Shown one piece after another: positions 38,550 to 48,803 of a stretch of 64,000 bases of DNA (the stretch's first letter is position 1; each line of letters starts with the position of its first letter). The translations under genes were made by a program, and so were the position numbers. The notes beneath the pieces are model-generated. The model saw only the letters and a list, made by a program, of their open reading frames with translations, did no database searches and was not told the DNA's origin. The DNA is from Polyangiaceae bacterium (GTDB taxonomy: Bacteria; Myxococcota_A; Polyangia; Polyangiales; Polyangiaceae). Where the stretch lies: NCBI GenBank assembly GCA_965222375.1, contig CBDCTZ010000016.1, forward strand, positions 2,240,001 through 2,304,000, given 5' to 3'.

Positions 38550-40175
38550 ATGCGCGCCCGTCGATTCATGTTGGGGCCCCTATTGCTCTTGCTCAGTCAG
38601 ACCGCAGCCGCTGCGGAGACCACCCTTCAGCTCTCTGGCGATGTGCCCAGCACCGGTCCGGATCACTTTTTCGTCGCTTTCGACGTGCCGGCGGGCACCA
38701 AAGAGATCGAGATCAAGCACGACGACTTGTCCTCCGAAGACATTCTCGATTTCGGCGTCAACGACCCCAACGGATTCCGGGGTTGGGGAGGTGGCAACAC
38801 CGAGCCCGCGGTCATTGGCGAACAGGCGGCCAGTCGCAGCTACGTGGCGGGACCGATTGCCGCTGGTACCTGGCAGGTCGTGATCGGAAAGGCGCTCATC
38901 AAATCCACTCCGGCCAAGTATCAGCTCGACATCACGTTTCGTGACACGGCGACCCTGGCGCCGCAGACGGAGCGAACTCCCTACGTACCAGCGGCGGCGT
39001 TGGAAGTGGGCGCACGTTGGTACGCGGGTGACTTCCACGTGCACTCGATCGAAAGCGGCGACGCTAGGCCGCCCCTGGACGAAGTGGCCACTTTCGCCCG
39101 CGGGCGAGGATTGGACTTCGTTCTAATCAGTGACCACAACACTCTCACGCAGTTGGAGTTCTTCGTCGATGCGCAGAGCCGGCACCCCAAGCTCCTGCTA
39201 TTGCCGGGCATGGAGTACACGACCTATGACGGTCACGCGAATGCTATCGGCGCCACCAAGTGGGTCGATCACAAGATCGGCCAGCCCGGCGTCACCATCA
39301 AAGGCGCGGTGCAAGCGTTTCGCGATCAGGGTGCCATCGTCTCCATCAATCATCCAACTCAGGATCTCGGGGATCTCTGCATCGGCTGCGCTTGGACTCA
39401 CGACCTCGATCCCAAGCTGATAGGTGCCGTCGAAGTCATGACGGGTACGCCGGCGACCATCGACTACTTGCCAAAGGTCAAAGCCATCGGCTACTGGGAA
39501 AAACTCCTGGATCAGGGCTACCACCTGCCTGCAATCGGAGGCAGCGACGATCACCGCGCCGGGGTGGATCTGAATGCCCTGCAGAGCCCGATTGGTGACT
39601 GCACGACCATGGTTTTCGCCACCGAGCTGAGTCAGCAGGGGATCTTGGACGGGGTGAGAAGCGGGCGCACTGTGGTCAAGCTTTGGGGCCCCGAAGAGCC
39701 CATGGTGGAGCTGAAGTCTAGCGTCGCTCCCGAGGGCGACACGGTGTCCGCGTCGAAAACGGTATTTTCCGCCGAGGTCAGCGACGGCGTTGGCAAGTTC
39801 GTTCGCTTCGTCAAGAACGGCAAGCCCCTCGCTCAGGAAGGGATCGACTCCGATCCCTTCACCCATACTCTCGAGGTGTCCGCACCGGCGGCTGGTGAGG
39901 ACCGCTACCGCGTGGAGGTCGTCGACAACAAGGAGCGGCGGACGCTGACCAGCTACCTGTGGCTCAAGGCTCCCGTAGTCCACGACGCTGGCGCGGATGC
40001 GATGCCGACGGACGCCGGCGCTCCGTCGGTGCCGGGACCCAGCGCAGCGGGTGGGGGGTGCGATTGTCGTTCCCACTCGGGCTCCCAGTCCAACGCTGCC
40101 CTGGGTCTCTCGCTGACTTTGTTGCTACTCGTGGCACGCCGCCGTCGGCGTAGGCGTGAAGTATCTGATGGCTGA
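38550..40175 (+). CDS. PHP-domain (CehA/McbA-like) metallohydrolase with MYXO-CTERM-type sorting tail
   Basis: Signal peptide; GDFHVHS, SDHN, GHAN, INHP, GGSDDH; GGGCDC + TM + RRRRR. Confidence 0.88.
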   Translation: MRARRFMLGPLLLLLSQTAAAAETTLQLSGDVPSTGPDHFFVAFDVPAGTKEIEIKHDDLSSEDILDFGVNDPNGFRGWGGGNTEPAVIGEQAASRSYVAGPIAAGTWQVVIGKALIKSTPAKYQLDITFRDTATLAPQTERTPYVPAAALEVGARWYAGDFHVHSIESGDARPPLDEVATFARGRGLDFVLISDHNTLTQLEFFVDAQSRHPKLLLLPGMEYTTYDGHANAIGATKWVDHKIGQPGVTIKGAVQAFRDQGAIVSINHPTQDLGDLCIGCAWTHDLDPKLIGAVEVMTGTPATIDYLPKVKAIGYWEKLLDQGYHLPAIGGSDDHRAGVDLNALQSPIGDCTTMVFATELSQQGILDGVRSGRTVVKLWGPEEPMVELKSSVAPEGDTVSASKTVFSAEVSDGVGKFVRFVKNGKPLAQEGIDSDPFTHTLEVSAPAAGEDRYRVEVVDNKERRTLTSYLWLKAPVVHDAGADAMPTDAGAPSVPGPSAAGGGCDCRSHSGSQSNAALGLSLTLLLLVARRRRRRREVSDG

Positions 40176-40986
40176 CGTGTTCGAGTTTTATTCGGGGGTG
40201 CGTCCACTGCTGGTGTCGTTTCCCCACGATGGCACCGCGCTGCCGGCCGAACTCGCCGCGCGGATGACGCCCGAGGGGCGCTCGGTGCCGGATACGGATT
40301 TCCACGTTGCGCAGCTCTACGATTTTGTCGCGAGCCTAGGCGCCAGTCGGCTAGTGGCGCGCTACTCCCGCTACGTGGTGGACCTGAACCGAGACCCGGA
40401 GGGCGCATCCCTGTACCCTGGGGCGGACACGACGGGGCTCTGCCCCACCAGCACCTTTGCTCGCCAACCCATCTATGCAACCGGCCAGGAGCCGACCGAC
40501 GAAGAAGTTGGCGTCCGAGTCCGACAGTATTTCTGGCCCTATCACGAGCAACTCGCGGTGGAGCTCGAACGCCTCCACCGCCGCTTCGGGCGCGTGGTGC
40601 TGTTCGACGCCCACAGCATTCGTTCTCAGGTCCCACGCTTCTTCGAGGGAACACTGCCGGACCTGAACCTGGGCACTGCCTCCGGCGCTAGCGCAGACGC
40701 GACACTAGCTGGCGACATCTTCAACACGCTGCTCCAAAACGCTGACGGCTATTCGGCCGTGAGGGATGAGCGCTTTCGGGGAGGCTACATAACTAGGAAG
40801 TATGGCGCTCCGGATCGAGGTGTGTCGGCGATCCAGCTCGAACTCGCCCAGAAGAACTACATGCGTGAACAATCGCCCTTCGAGTTCATGGACCAACGGG
40901 CGGCTCGCCTGAGGCCGACGTTGCGTCGCGTCTTGGAAATGTGCGTGCAGTGGGCGGAGGCTGGGCATGACGACGCATCGCTTTGA
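40168..40986 (+). CDS. hutG: N-formylglutamate deformylase
   Basis: PLLVSFPHDG, DTDFHV, SRYVVDLNR, YFWPYH, DAHSIRS, GGYITR, IQLEL. Confidence 0.94.
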   Translation: MADVFEFYSGVRPLLVSFPHDGTALPAELAARMTPEGRSVPDTDFHVAQLYDFVASLGASRLVARYSRYVVDLNRDPEGASLYPGADTTGLCPTSTFARQPIYATGQEPTDEEVGVRVRQYFWPYHEQLAVELERLHRRFGRVVLFDAHSIRSQVPRFFEGTLPDLNLGTASGASADATLAGDIFNTLLQNADGYSAVRDERFRGGYITRKYGAPDRGVSAIQLELAQKNYMREQSPFEFMDQRAARLRPTLRRVLEMCVQWAEAGHDDASL

Positions 40987-42328
40987 CGCTTTGTGGCAGA
41001 ACGGAGTGTGGCTGAAGCCCGCGTTCGTCAGCGTTGACGCTCGTGGTGACGTGACGCGGATTGCAAATACCGCCCCTGACGGTGGCGTCGAGGACTGCAA
41101 AGGCCTGGCCGTGCCGGGTATCGCGAACCTCCACTCCCACGCCTTCCAGCGCGCCCTGGTGGGGCGAGCTGAGTGGTCATCGGGTCACTCGGACAGCTTC
41201 TGGACCTGGCGTGACGCGATGTACCGTTTCGTCGAAGGGATCAGTCCTGAGCAGGTCGAGGCCATCGCCACGTGGCTCTACGTGGAGATGCTCGAAGCGG
41301 GCTACACAAGCGTCGGGGAGTTCCACTATCTGCACCACGACCCTGACGGCCGACCCTATGCCGACCCCGCGGAGCTTTCTTTGCGGCTGCTCTCCGCGGC
41401 TGAGCGTGCCGGCATTGGCATCACATTGCTACCCGTTCTGTATGCGAATGGCGGCTTTGACGGCCGCGGCGCCTCGGCAGAGCAACGCCGCTTCGTCAAT
41501 TCCGTGGGCGAGTTGCTACGTATCGTCGAGCGGGCCCAGGTTGCCACCCAGGGCAACGCCAATGCCACCGTCGGTGTCGCACCCCATAGCCTGCGTGCAG
41601 TCAGTTTGGAGATGTTGCGAGAACTGCTCGCGGCAGTGCCAGCAGAGTCGCCGGTGCATATTCACATCTCGGAGCAGAAGCGCGAAGTTCAGGAGTGCCG
41701 TGCGGCGACGGGCACCACGCCCCTGGCACTGCTGATGTCGGCAGCGGAGCTCGATGGGCGCTGGTGCCTCGTGCACGGCACTCACGCGACGGAGTCCGAA
41801 ATCGCCAGGCTGGCCAAGACCGGCGCCACGGTCGCATTGTGCCCCACGACGGAGGCAAACTTGGGGGATGGGTTGCCGCCCATGGCGGGGCTGATTGAAG
41901 AGGGGGTCGGCTTTGGTATCGGATCAGACAGTCAGGTTTGTGTTTGCCCGGCGGAGGAACTGCGGCTGCTCGAATACGAGCAGCGCCTGGTGCACGGCCG
42001 ACGCAACGTGCTTTCGAGCGCAGAGCAGCCTTCTGTAGCCGAGCGCTTGCTCGGCGAGGTCGGGCGCAGTGCCTCTCGTGCGCTCGGGCGACGGCTGGGG
42101 GAGCTCGTCGTGGGGGCCCGTGCAGACCTGGTTACCTTGGACCCGAACTCGGCGGCTCTGGCCGGGCTGCCCCCGGAGCGTCACCTGGATGCTTGGGTCT
42201 TCGGGGCCCGCGTTGGCGCAGTTCGGGATGTGATGGTGGGGGGAAATTGGGTGGTATGGCGCGGCAGACACCCAAAGCGGGACGCACTGTTGCAGGCATA
42301 TATGCGCGCCTTGGATGGGATTGCATGA
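40967..42328 (+). CDS. hutF: Formimidoylglutamate deiminase
   Basis: NLHSHAFQRAL, SFWTWRDAMY, EFHYLHH, APHSLRAV, HIHISEQ, CPTTEANLGDG, IGSDS. Confidence 0.95.
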   Translation: MTTHRFDALWQNGVWLKPAFVSVDARGDVTRIANTAPDGGVEDCKGLAVPGIANLHSHAFQRALVGRAEWSSGHSDSFWTWRDAMYRFVEGISPEQVEAIATWLYVEMLEAGYTSVGEFHYLHHDPDGRPYADPAELSLRLLSAAERAGIGITLLPVLYANGGFDGRGASAEQRRFVNSVGELLRIVERAQVATQGNANATVGVAPHSLRAVSLEMLRELLAAVPAESPVHIHISEQKREVQECRAATGTTPLALLMSAAELDGRWCLVHGTHATESEIARLAKTGATVALCPTTEANLGDGLPPMAGLIEEGVGFGIGSDSQVCVCPAEELRLLEYEQRLVHGRRNVLSSAEQPSVAERLLGEVGRSASRALGRRLGELVVGARADLVTLDPNSAALAGLPPERHLDAWVFGARVGAVRDVMVGGNWVVWRGRHPKRDALLQAYMRALDGIA

Positions 42329-42376
42329 GGCGGCTCGCGGAGGTGTCGGCCGCGGGTTTATGATCCGCTTCTCCGC

Positions 42377-44521
42377 ATGTCGGACGAACCCAAAGACCCT
42401 TTCAGTTGGGTGGGTGCCACCCTCGACGAAAAATACCGCATCGACGAGCTGATCGGCGAAGGTGGTTTTTCCGTCGTCTACCGCGCTCACCACCTGGGGT
42501 TCTCCGAGCACGTTGCGGTCAAGTGCTTACGCGTTCCGGAGACGCTGGAAGGAAAACAGCGCGCACGCTTCTTCGAGAGCTTCATGGAGGAAGGGCGGCT
42601 ACTCCACCGACTCAGTCGCGCGACGACCAGCATCGTGCAGGCCCTGGACGTTGGCGCAGCGGACTCACCCAACGGCCTATGGACGCCCTACCTCGTGTTG
42701 GAGTGGCTCGAGGGCAAGAGCTTGGAGCACGATCTGGAGGAGCGAGCAAAGGCCAGCCTTGGGGGGCGCACGCTTTTGGAATCCATCGAGCTACTCGACC
42801 CCGTCGCTCGCGCGCTACGCCTTGCTCACGATCAAGGCATTGCTCACCGCGACATCAAACCAGCCAACCTCTTCCTCACCGATGTAAGCGGCGAAGTCAC
42901 CATGAAGGTGCTCGACTTTGGGATCGCCAAGGTTTTGGATGAGGCCAAGGGAACCAGCAACGTCTTCGAGAGTACCGGCAATCACCTGCAAGCGTTCACC
43001 GCGCCCTACGGAGCTCCGGAGCAGTTCAGCCGTCGCTACGGTGCTACCGGTCCCTGGACCGACGTTTTCGCGCTGGCACTCGTCTTCATCGAGGTCGTTT
43101 CCGGCAAACGGGCGCTGGAAGGGACAGACGTTGCGGAACTCTTCGTCGCCTCCGCCGATCCAAACTACCGCCCGACGCTGAAATCCCTTGGCTACCCGGA
43201 TGCCCCTGAGGCGTTGGACGAAGTTCTGCTGCGCGCTCTGGCCATCGACCCCAAGGCAAGGCAGAGGAGCGTTCGGGACTTCTGGAACGAAATCCTCGCT
43301 GCCACGGGCATGGCAGAGCTGCCTGGTCCTCGCAGCAGCAGGACGACGATGGATTCGGGAACGCAAGAGTCCCTGCAGTTTGAGGTGGAGTCGGACGGCA
43401 CGAGGCCCGTGGTTGGTCCGAAGCCGTTGGCGGACGTGGAGCGGCCACCCGCGCCGACCGAGCTCTCCAGTAGCACGGGGCTGCCCGTGGATTCCGCCCG
43501 TGTGCCCGAGCGAGCTCAGGGCGTTAGTCCCGTGACGATCGCGGTTGTTGGCATCGGAGCTGCTCTCTTGGGGATCGCGATTGTTCTCCTGACGGCGGTG
43601 GTGCTCGAGAGCCCGGTGCCCAAGACGGCAGCCTCCGCGGCGAGCGCGCTGCCCCTGGTCGCCAGCACCCCCCCGCCACCTGCATCAAGCGCGTCCACCG
43701 AACCCAGAGCACCCACGGAGCGAGTCCTGAGCAGCACGCCCCCGCGCACCGTGGGTCAGGGGCGAGTGCCAAACGAAGAGCGCTGGCTCGACGAATTTCG
43801 GGTTCAGCGCCTTGATGGCGCCATGGGCAAATCCCTCGCCGACTCCCAGGCCTTGTGCGCCCAGTCTGGCCTGAGTCTTTGCTCCGAAGCGCAGTGGGCG
43901 CGCGCTTGCGAGTTGTATCCGGATTTTGGTCGCATGTCGGTGTGGACTCTCAGCGCCCATCCAGCTGGCTTTGTGGTGCGGGGAGGCGCCAGCTGTGCCG
44001 TACGTGCTGTGGCACTCGGAACCAAGGGCACCCCAGACCGAGGCGCGCTATGTTGCGAGCGAGAGGTTGCGCTTCGCAGCGGAAACATGAACCGAACTTG
44101 GCTCAAGGCGACGGCGAAGCGCCTGGTTGGGGTGGAAGCTACGCTCAACCGACGAGACACGTCCCAGTTTGGTTCTCTAGTTTCCGAAATGGTCGACGTG
44201 GATGAAAAACTGTTGCGAAGGGAAGAACTGCGCAAGCAGCTGGAAGACAGCTTCGCACAGTACCCGAAGCAGTGGTTCGTGATTGACACGTGCAGTGTCT
44301 CCGTCCGCGTGTCCAGAAAGAAGGCCAAGGGGCCGACTCGGCTGAAGAAAGGCGTGCCCGAGCGCTTTCGAGAGAACGCAGCTTGGCTCGCCGAGTGTGA
44401 AGAGCTTCGCTATCGTGACAAGGCGTTCACGTCGGTCACCGTGGAGTACGTTTTCGGCGGTAGTGGGCGTCTGCAGTCAGTGCGGGACTTGAAAGCACCC
44501 CGCACCGTCCAAACCCAGTGA
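42377..44521 (+). CDS. Transmembrane Ser/Thr kinase with Cys-rich (FGE/SUMF1-like) extracytoplasmic domain
   Basis: GEGGFSVV, HRDIKPAN, DFGIAK, YGAPEQ; TM; CAQSGLSLCSEAQWARAC. Confidence 0.9.
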   Translation: MSDEPKDPFSWVGATLDEKYRIDELIGEGGFSVVYRAHHLGFSEHVAVKCLRVPETLEGKQRARFFESFMEEGRLLHRLSRATTSIVQALDVGAADSPNGLWTPYLVLEWLEGKSLEHDLEERAKASLGGRTLLESIELLDPVARALRLAHDQGIAHRDIKPANLFLTDVSGEVTMKVLDFGIAKVLDEAKGTSNVFESTGNHLQAFTAPYGAPEQFSRRYGATGPWTDVFALALVFIEVVSGKRALEGTDVAELFVASADPNYRPTLKSLGYPDAPEALDEVLLRALAIDPKARQRSVRDFWNEILAATGMAELPGPRSSRTTMDSGTQESLQFEVESDGTRPVVGPKPLADVERPPAPTELSSSTGLPVDSARVPERAQGVSPVTIAVVGIGAALLGIAIVLLTAVVLESPVPKTAASAASALPLVASTPPPPASSASTEPRAPTERVLSSTPPRTVGQGRVPNEERWLDEFRVQRLDGAMGKSLADSQALCAQSGLSLCSEAQWARACELYPDFGRMSVWTLSAHPAGFVVRGGASCAVRAVALGTKGTPDRGALCCEREVALRSGNMNRTWLKATAKRLVGVEATLNRRDTSQFGSLVSEMVDVDEKLLRREELRKQLEDSFAQYPKQWFVIDTCSVSVRVSRKKAKGPTRLKKGVPERFRENAAWLAECEELRYRDKAFTSVTVEYVFGGSGRLQSVRDLKAPRTVQTQ

Positions 44522-44617
44522 CGCTGCTCATCCCAGGCCTCGGCGTCCCGCACGTCCGTCCGAGCGCTTCGACCCGGCGATTTGCTTTCTGCGGGAAAAG
44601 TCTTCTATGAGCGTCCC

Positions 44618-45130
44618 ATGGCGTTCGCTACTCGGAGCCTCGCTCTTCTGCTCGGCGCCTGCGCTTTGGGCTGCGCGCCTCCGCGTACTGCCGCGGACCC
44701 TGAGCCCCCAGTCGCCACGGGGAGTGGCCATCGGCTGGCAGAGGGAGCGCTGCCCCCGGCAGCGGGGGTGCTGCCCCAACCGGCGCCATCGGTGCCCGCG
44801 CAGCCCGCCACGCCTCTGGCTGTGGAACACGGCAAGGCCACCTACTACTCGGACGGACTTGCGGGCAGAAAGACCGCTAGCGGACAGCCCTATATACCAG
44901 CGAACCTCACGGCTGCTCACAAAAAACTGCCGTTCGGGACTCGGGTCCGCGTCATCCGAACCGACACCGGGCATCAAGTCATCGTCGTGATCAACGACCG
45001 CGGGCCCTTTGCGGGTGCTGAGCGCATCATCGATGTGTCCGGGGCCGCCGCCCGGCAGCTCGACATGATGCGAGCTGGGGTCGTGCCCGTTAGAGTAGAA
45101 GTCTTGGAGTATGGCACTGGACGCCGCTAG
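44618..45130 (+). CDS. rlpA: Septal ring lytic transglycosylase RlpA family lipoprotein
   Basis: Lipobox ALGC; GKATYY, TAAHKKLPFGT, INDRGPF, RIIDVS. Confidence 0.94.
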   Translation: MAFATRSLALLLGACALGCAPPRTAADPEPPVATGSGHRLAEGALPPAAGVLPQPAPSVPAQPATPLAVEHGKATYYSDGLAGRKTASGQPYIPANLTAAHKKLPFGTRVRVIRTDTGHQVIVVINDRGPFAGAERIIDVSGAAARQLDMMRAGVVPVRVEVLEYGTGRR

Positions 45131-45381
45131 CCCCACTTCAGAATAAGGCGTGAGCGAACGAACCGCGCGCTGATTCCCACCAGGCCCGGTGCATGGGCCA
45201 CCTTGTCCAGGAGCGCCAAGGCCTGTTCGTGGGTCAGCACTCCGTTGGGGATGCGAAGGTCTAGCGCTCCCTGACGGATCACTTCTCTGGCCTTGGCATC
45301 ACCGAGCGCCGGCGCGAGCAGTTCGATCAATACGCCCTGGGAGACCAGGTTGCCGGTGCCGCGATGCGGGGGTTCGTTCAC
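45127..45381 (-). CDS. Small helical hypothetical protein downstream of the FIST gene
   Basis: 84 aa, 22 nt after the FIST gene, same strand; LIELLAPALG...GLVGISARF. Confidence 0.65.
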   Translation of the reverse strand: MNEPPHRGTGNLVSQGVLIELLAPALGDAKAREVIRQGALDLRIPNGVLTHEQALALLDKVAHAPGLVGISARFVRSRLILKWG

Positions 45382-45403
45382 AGTTTCGTATCCGTTCCCG
45401 CCC

Positions 45404-46585
45404 CTACACCGGAAAAGCCAACACTACCGTGGTCGTATTGTGGAAGCCGGACATGTCGCCGGTTGCCAACGCGATTTCGCCATAGGTCTCGAACCCCGCC
45501 AAGGGCACATCACCGAGCGCTTCCGAGACTTCCTTGACCGCGTCGTGGAAGCGATCACCGAGAATCAAGTTGCGACAGATGCAATCGAATACGAGGGCGC
45601 CTGCAACCTGGCCATCCCCCAACGCCTCTTTGGCCCGTTCGGCTGCGGTCCGCGCGCTCGCAATTTGTCGCTCGGGCACGCTCTCGGTGATTCGGATCTC
45701 CGCGCCTTCGGGAATGCCACACGCGAAGGACAAGGAGCCGTCCTCGCTCTTCGCGAGGGGAGCTCGAATCTTGAAGTCCTGGCCCGCAGCCAGCCCGGCC
45801 TCATAGCGAAGCAGGAACCCGCCGATCTGGTCGCCGCTCAGAGTCGCCGGGTCCAGGCCGTGCTCAGCAGCAGCTTCCTTCGTCTGCTCTGCCCACACGT
45901 CCCATGCTGGGCGACCGTCAATCTCGTGCACCACAGCACCTTCTGCTCTGGTGATCTTCAGTGGCTTGGAGAGGGGCTGATGACCGTGGCACACGCCAAC
46001 TCCCAGGGGCTGCTTGGTGAACAGCTTGACCAGAACGATCGCGTCCGAGGTGACCCGGCTGCCCAGGCCGACGTGGGTGGTTTTCATGGCTAGGTCGTCG
46101 CCGGCAGCGCCCCCGGCGAGGGGTACGTCGCCACCGAGGAGAGTTGCCGCGAGCAGTGCTGCTTCCTCGCCGTTGCCGGTGAGCGGGTCCAGCAGCATGA
46201 TCGCGGTGACGAAGGGGTAGCCGGCCTCGGAGTCAGGAAGGCCGTCCAGGGCCCCCCGGACGGCTTCCTCGGGCCCCTTGGTCAAGCCTGCGCCCATGCC
46301 AGCACGCACTACCAGCTTGCCCGCAACTGCGAAGGCGGAGACTGAACCCTTGGCGTCTCGGGCTTCGGTAAACTCCCCAGCGGTGCTTGCGCCCACGACG
46401 CACGCATCTGGGAACGCGCTGCTTGCGACACTCAGAACTTGCTCCAGGGGTTGTTCCGTAGATGCGAACACGCACACCAGAGCGGGGCTGTCGCCCTCAA
46501 GGCTGTGGCGCAGGCTCTCCACCAGGGCGTTTCCCGCGGCGTCCGCAGGTCCGGTTGCGAGGGCAGTGGCTACTCGAAAGCTCAT
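45404..46585 (-). CDS. Stand-alone FIST (FIST_N + FIST_C) sensory protein
   Basis: VGASTAGEF, LAGGAAGDD, VHEIDGRPA, FDCICR, GFETYGEI; GGGAGG RBS. Confidence 0.9.
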   Translation of the reverse strand: MSFRVATALATGPADAAGNALVESLRHSLEGDSPALVCVFASTEQPLEQVLSVASSAFPDACVVGASTAGEFTEARDAKGSVSAFAVAGKLVVRAGMGAGLTKGPEEAVRGALDGLPDSEAGYPFVTAIMLLDPLTGNGEEAALLAATLLGGDVPLAGGAAGDDLAMKTTHVGLGSRVTSDAIVLVKLFTKQPLGVGVCHGHQPLSKPLKITRAEGAVVHEIDGRPAWDVWAEQTKEAAAEHGLDPATLSGDQIGGFLLRYEAGLAAGQDFKIRAPLAKSEDGSLSFACGIPEGAEIRITESVPERQIASARTAAERAKEALGDGQVAGALVFDCICRNLILGDRFHDAVKEVSEALGDVPLAGFETYGEIALATGDMSGFHNTTTVVLAFPV

Positions 46586-46693
46586 TTTGGTCAAACCTCC
46601 CAAACCTAGGCTCTTAAGGCGACGACGCGTCCAGGCTTCGTGAAATGAGAACGGCTTTTGCGTCGAGCACTTGAGCGCGCGCCGAGATGAGTC

Positions 46694-47557
46694 CTACGCA
46701 CTTACACATACATGGACGCCCTGCTCACGGATCTGCCCGGCGAAGTCTGCGAGCCACGCCTCGGGCAGGGCATGCACGGCATTGGCTTCCGGCTGATGGG
46801 AAGCGCGAGCAATCGTGTACAGGTGCACGCCCAGAATAGGGACACCGTCCTGCATCAGCTGGTGCAACGCTTGTAAGTAGGCGCTCTGTTCGCTTTTGCT
46901 CGGCGGGATTCCGTCCCACTGGAACAAGCAGGTTTGGAGCCACGTTGGGCAGAGGGTCGCGGCAAGCCGCAGGTTGCTGAGATGCTCCTCCGGTGCCAGG
47001 TGGCAGGAGTTGATTCGACTCGAACCCACTGCGGTGGCGCTGTCCAGTTTGAACCAGACAACGCCGTTCAATTGCTTCAGGCGCTTCAGCGCAGCTTGTA
47101 CGTGAGGTTTGTGAACCAACGAGCCGTTCGTGATCAAGACTACTGGAATCTTCTGAGCCAAGCCGACGGCATTCAATACTTTGTCCAACACTTCCAGACA
47201 GCCTTCCAGCTGGGCGCTGCTGGTCGGTTCCCCATTGCCGGAGATCGCGGCGTCTTTCAGCTGCCGTGCGCCTACGGGAACCCGTTCAGCGAGGAAGTCG
47301 CCATGCTGGATCCAGTTGAACATTTGCCGAAGCTCCGTATCCAGTAGCTCCAGATCGATGATGGGTGCTTTGCCAAAGCTCAGGTCGGGCACCTGGCAGT
47401 AGACGCAGCGCCAATTGCAGGCGTTGTTGGGATTGAGGTTGATACCAATACTGACGCCGCCCGCGCGTCGAGACACGACTGGGTAGACGTAGGTCATCTC
47501 CACCGCGTTCCGATCGTGATCGACGACCGAAAGTCGGTGCTTCTGACGGCGTTGCAT
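46694..47557 (-). CDS. Radical SAM protein of unknown function
   Basis: CNWRCVYC, SGNGEPT, LITNGS, FKLDSA. Confidence 0.9.
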   Translation of the reverse strand: MQRRQKHRLSVVDHDRNAVEMTYVYPVVSRRAGGVSIGINLNPNNACNWRCVYCQVPDLSFGKAPIIDLELLDTELRQMFNWIQHGDFLAERVPVGARQLKDAAISGNGEPTSSAQLEGCLEVLDKVLNAVGLAQKIPVVLITNGSLVHKPHVQAALKRLKQLNGVVWFKLDSATAVGSSRINSCHLAPEEHLSNLRLAATLCPTWLQTCLFQWDGIPPSKSEQSAYLQALHQLMQDGVPILGVHLYTIARASHQPEANAVHALPEAWLADFAGQIREQGVHVCVSA

Positions 47558-47705
47558 GTGGGAAGTCTAGTTGGGCGAGTCGACCTACCAAGGCCGAATT
47601 TCTAGCGTTCGTGGCAAGAGCCTAACGCCGAAGCCGCCTGGGGCCGCTCAATGACACAATCATGACGCGCCGGCACCTGCTGGGCATGGTACGCGCGCCG
47701 TCACT

Positions 47706-48284
47706 TTGAGCCCTGAAGCGAAGCGTCTCACAGCAAAAGCGCTGATCGGCTCCATGGGCTGGAGGCCTGGCGGGGTTGCGCCGAACGTCGACAAGGCGGT
47801 CGTAATCGCCGCTCCTCATACGTCGAACTTGGATGGGATCATGCTGGTCGCTTTCGCTTGGCACTTCGGTGTCGACATCCAATTCATGGTCAAAGACAGT
47901 GTGACGAAGGCTCCACTGCTGGGCAGTATTGTTCGGGGTGTAGGCGGGGTAGCAATCGATCGCTCCCAGAGCAAGGACGTGGTCTCGGCCATGGTGCGAG
48001 AGTTCGGGCTACGACAAAAGCTGCTGCTCGTAGTGTCTCCGCCGGGGACGCGCAGCCGGCGCGAGCATTGGAAGAGCGGTTTCTACTGGATTGCGCAGCG
48101 GGCACGAGTGCCGCTGGTGTGTAGCTACCTCGACTACGGGAAGAAGGAAGGTGGGTTTGGCCCGGCTCTCGAGGTGACTGGGGATCTCAAGAAAGACATG
48201 GATCAGCTGCGCGAGTTCTACGACGGTGTCAAGGGACGCTATCCTGATCGAGTTTCACCGGTTCGGCTGGCCTCCGAAGAGTAA
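47706..48284 (+). CDS. 1-acyl-sn-glycerol-3-phosphate acyltransferase-like protein
   Basis: AAPHTSNLD, IDRS, PPGTRS (PEG motif altered), WKSGFY. Confidence 0.88.
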   Translation: MSPEAKRLTAKALIGSMGWRPGGVAPNVDKAVVIAAPHTSNLDGIMLVAFAWHFGVDIQFMVKDSVTKAPLLGSIVRGVGGVAIDRSQSKDVVSAMVREFGLRQKLLLVVSPPGTRSRREHWKSGFYWIAQRARVPLVCSYLDYGKKEGGFGPALEVTGDLKKDMDQLREFYDGVKGRYPDRVSPVRLASEE

Positions 48285-48302
48285 GCCGATCCGAAGGCAG
48301 CC

Positions 48303-48803
48303 TCAGGGGCGCGCCTCGGGTTCGTCCTTGAGCTTGTCGCCAACGCTGGCCCGTTCGAGCACCCAACCCGGGCCTGTTTGGCGAAGCTCCGCCTGAAAGC
48401 GGTAGCGAGCCCGATGCAGGTCCCCAGCTTGGGACTCGCTGATGGATAGCTCCCCTTCGACGTGCGCCTGGTCGCCCTGCATTCGAACAGCGAGGCCCTC
48501 GAGGCTCACGACGGCGTGAGGTCGTCGCTTCAGCCAAGCGACTACACGCGCTTTCAATGCAACCCTTTCCAGCCCGCCAGCCCCTGGCAGATCGACCCGG
48601 GTATTGGAGGTCGTCGCCTCTTGAATGACCTCCAGGGCGAGCCGCATTCGCTGGTCTTGTGAGCGCCCGGTTTTCGCGCTCAAACGCTCTGCCGCGTCTC
48701 GCAAGGACGCTTCCGCGCGCGCCCTCGGCGATCGACCGAGGGCTACCCAGACTAGGCCCAGTACTAGAACGAGCCCGGTGAGGATCCACCATCGCCGGTT
48801 CAT
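48303..48803 (-). CDS. Membrane-anchored hypothetical protein (possible NTF2-like fold)
   Basis: N-terminal TM followed by a helix/strand pattern; fills the gap between genes. Confidence 0.65.
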   Translation of the reverse strand: MNRRWWILTGLVLVLGLVWVALGRSPRARAEASLRDAAERLSAKTGRSQDQRMRLALEVIQEATTSNTRVDLPGAGGLERVALKARVVAWLKRRPHAVVSLEGLAVRMQGDQAHVEGELSISESQAGDLHRARYRFQAELRQTGPGWVLERASVGDKLKDEPEARP

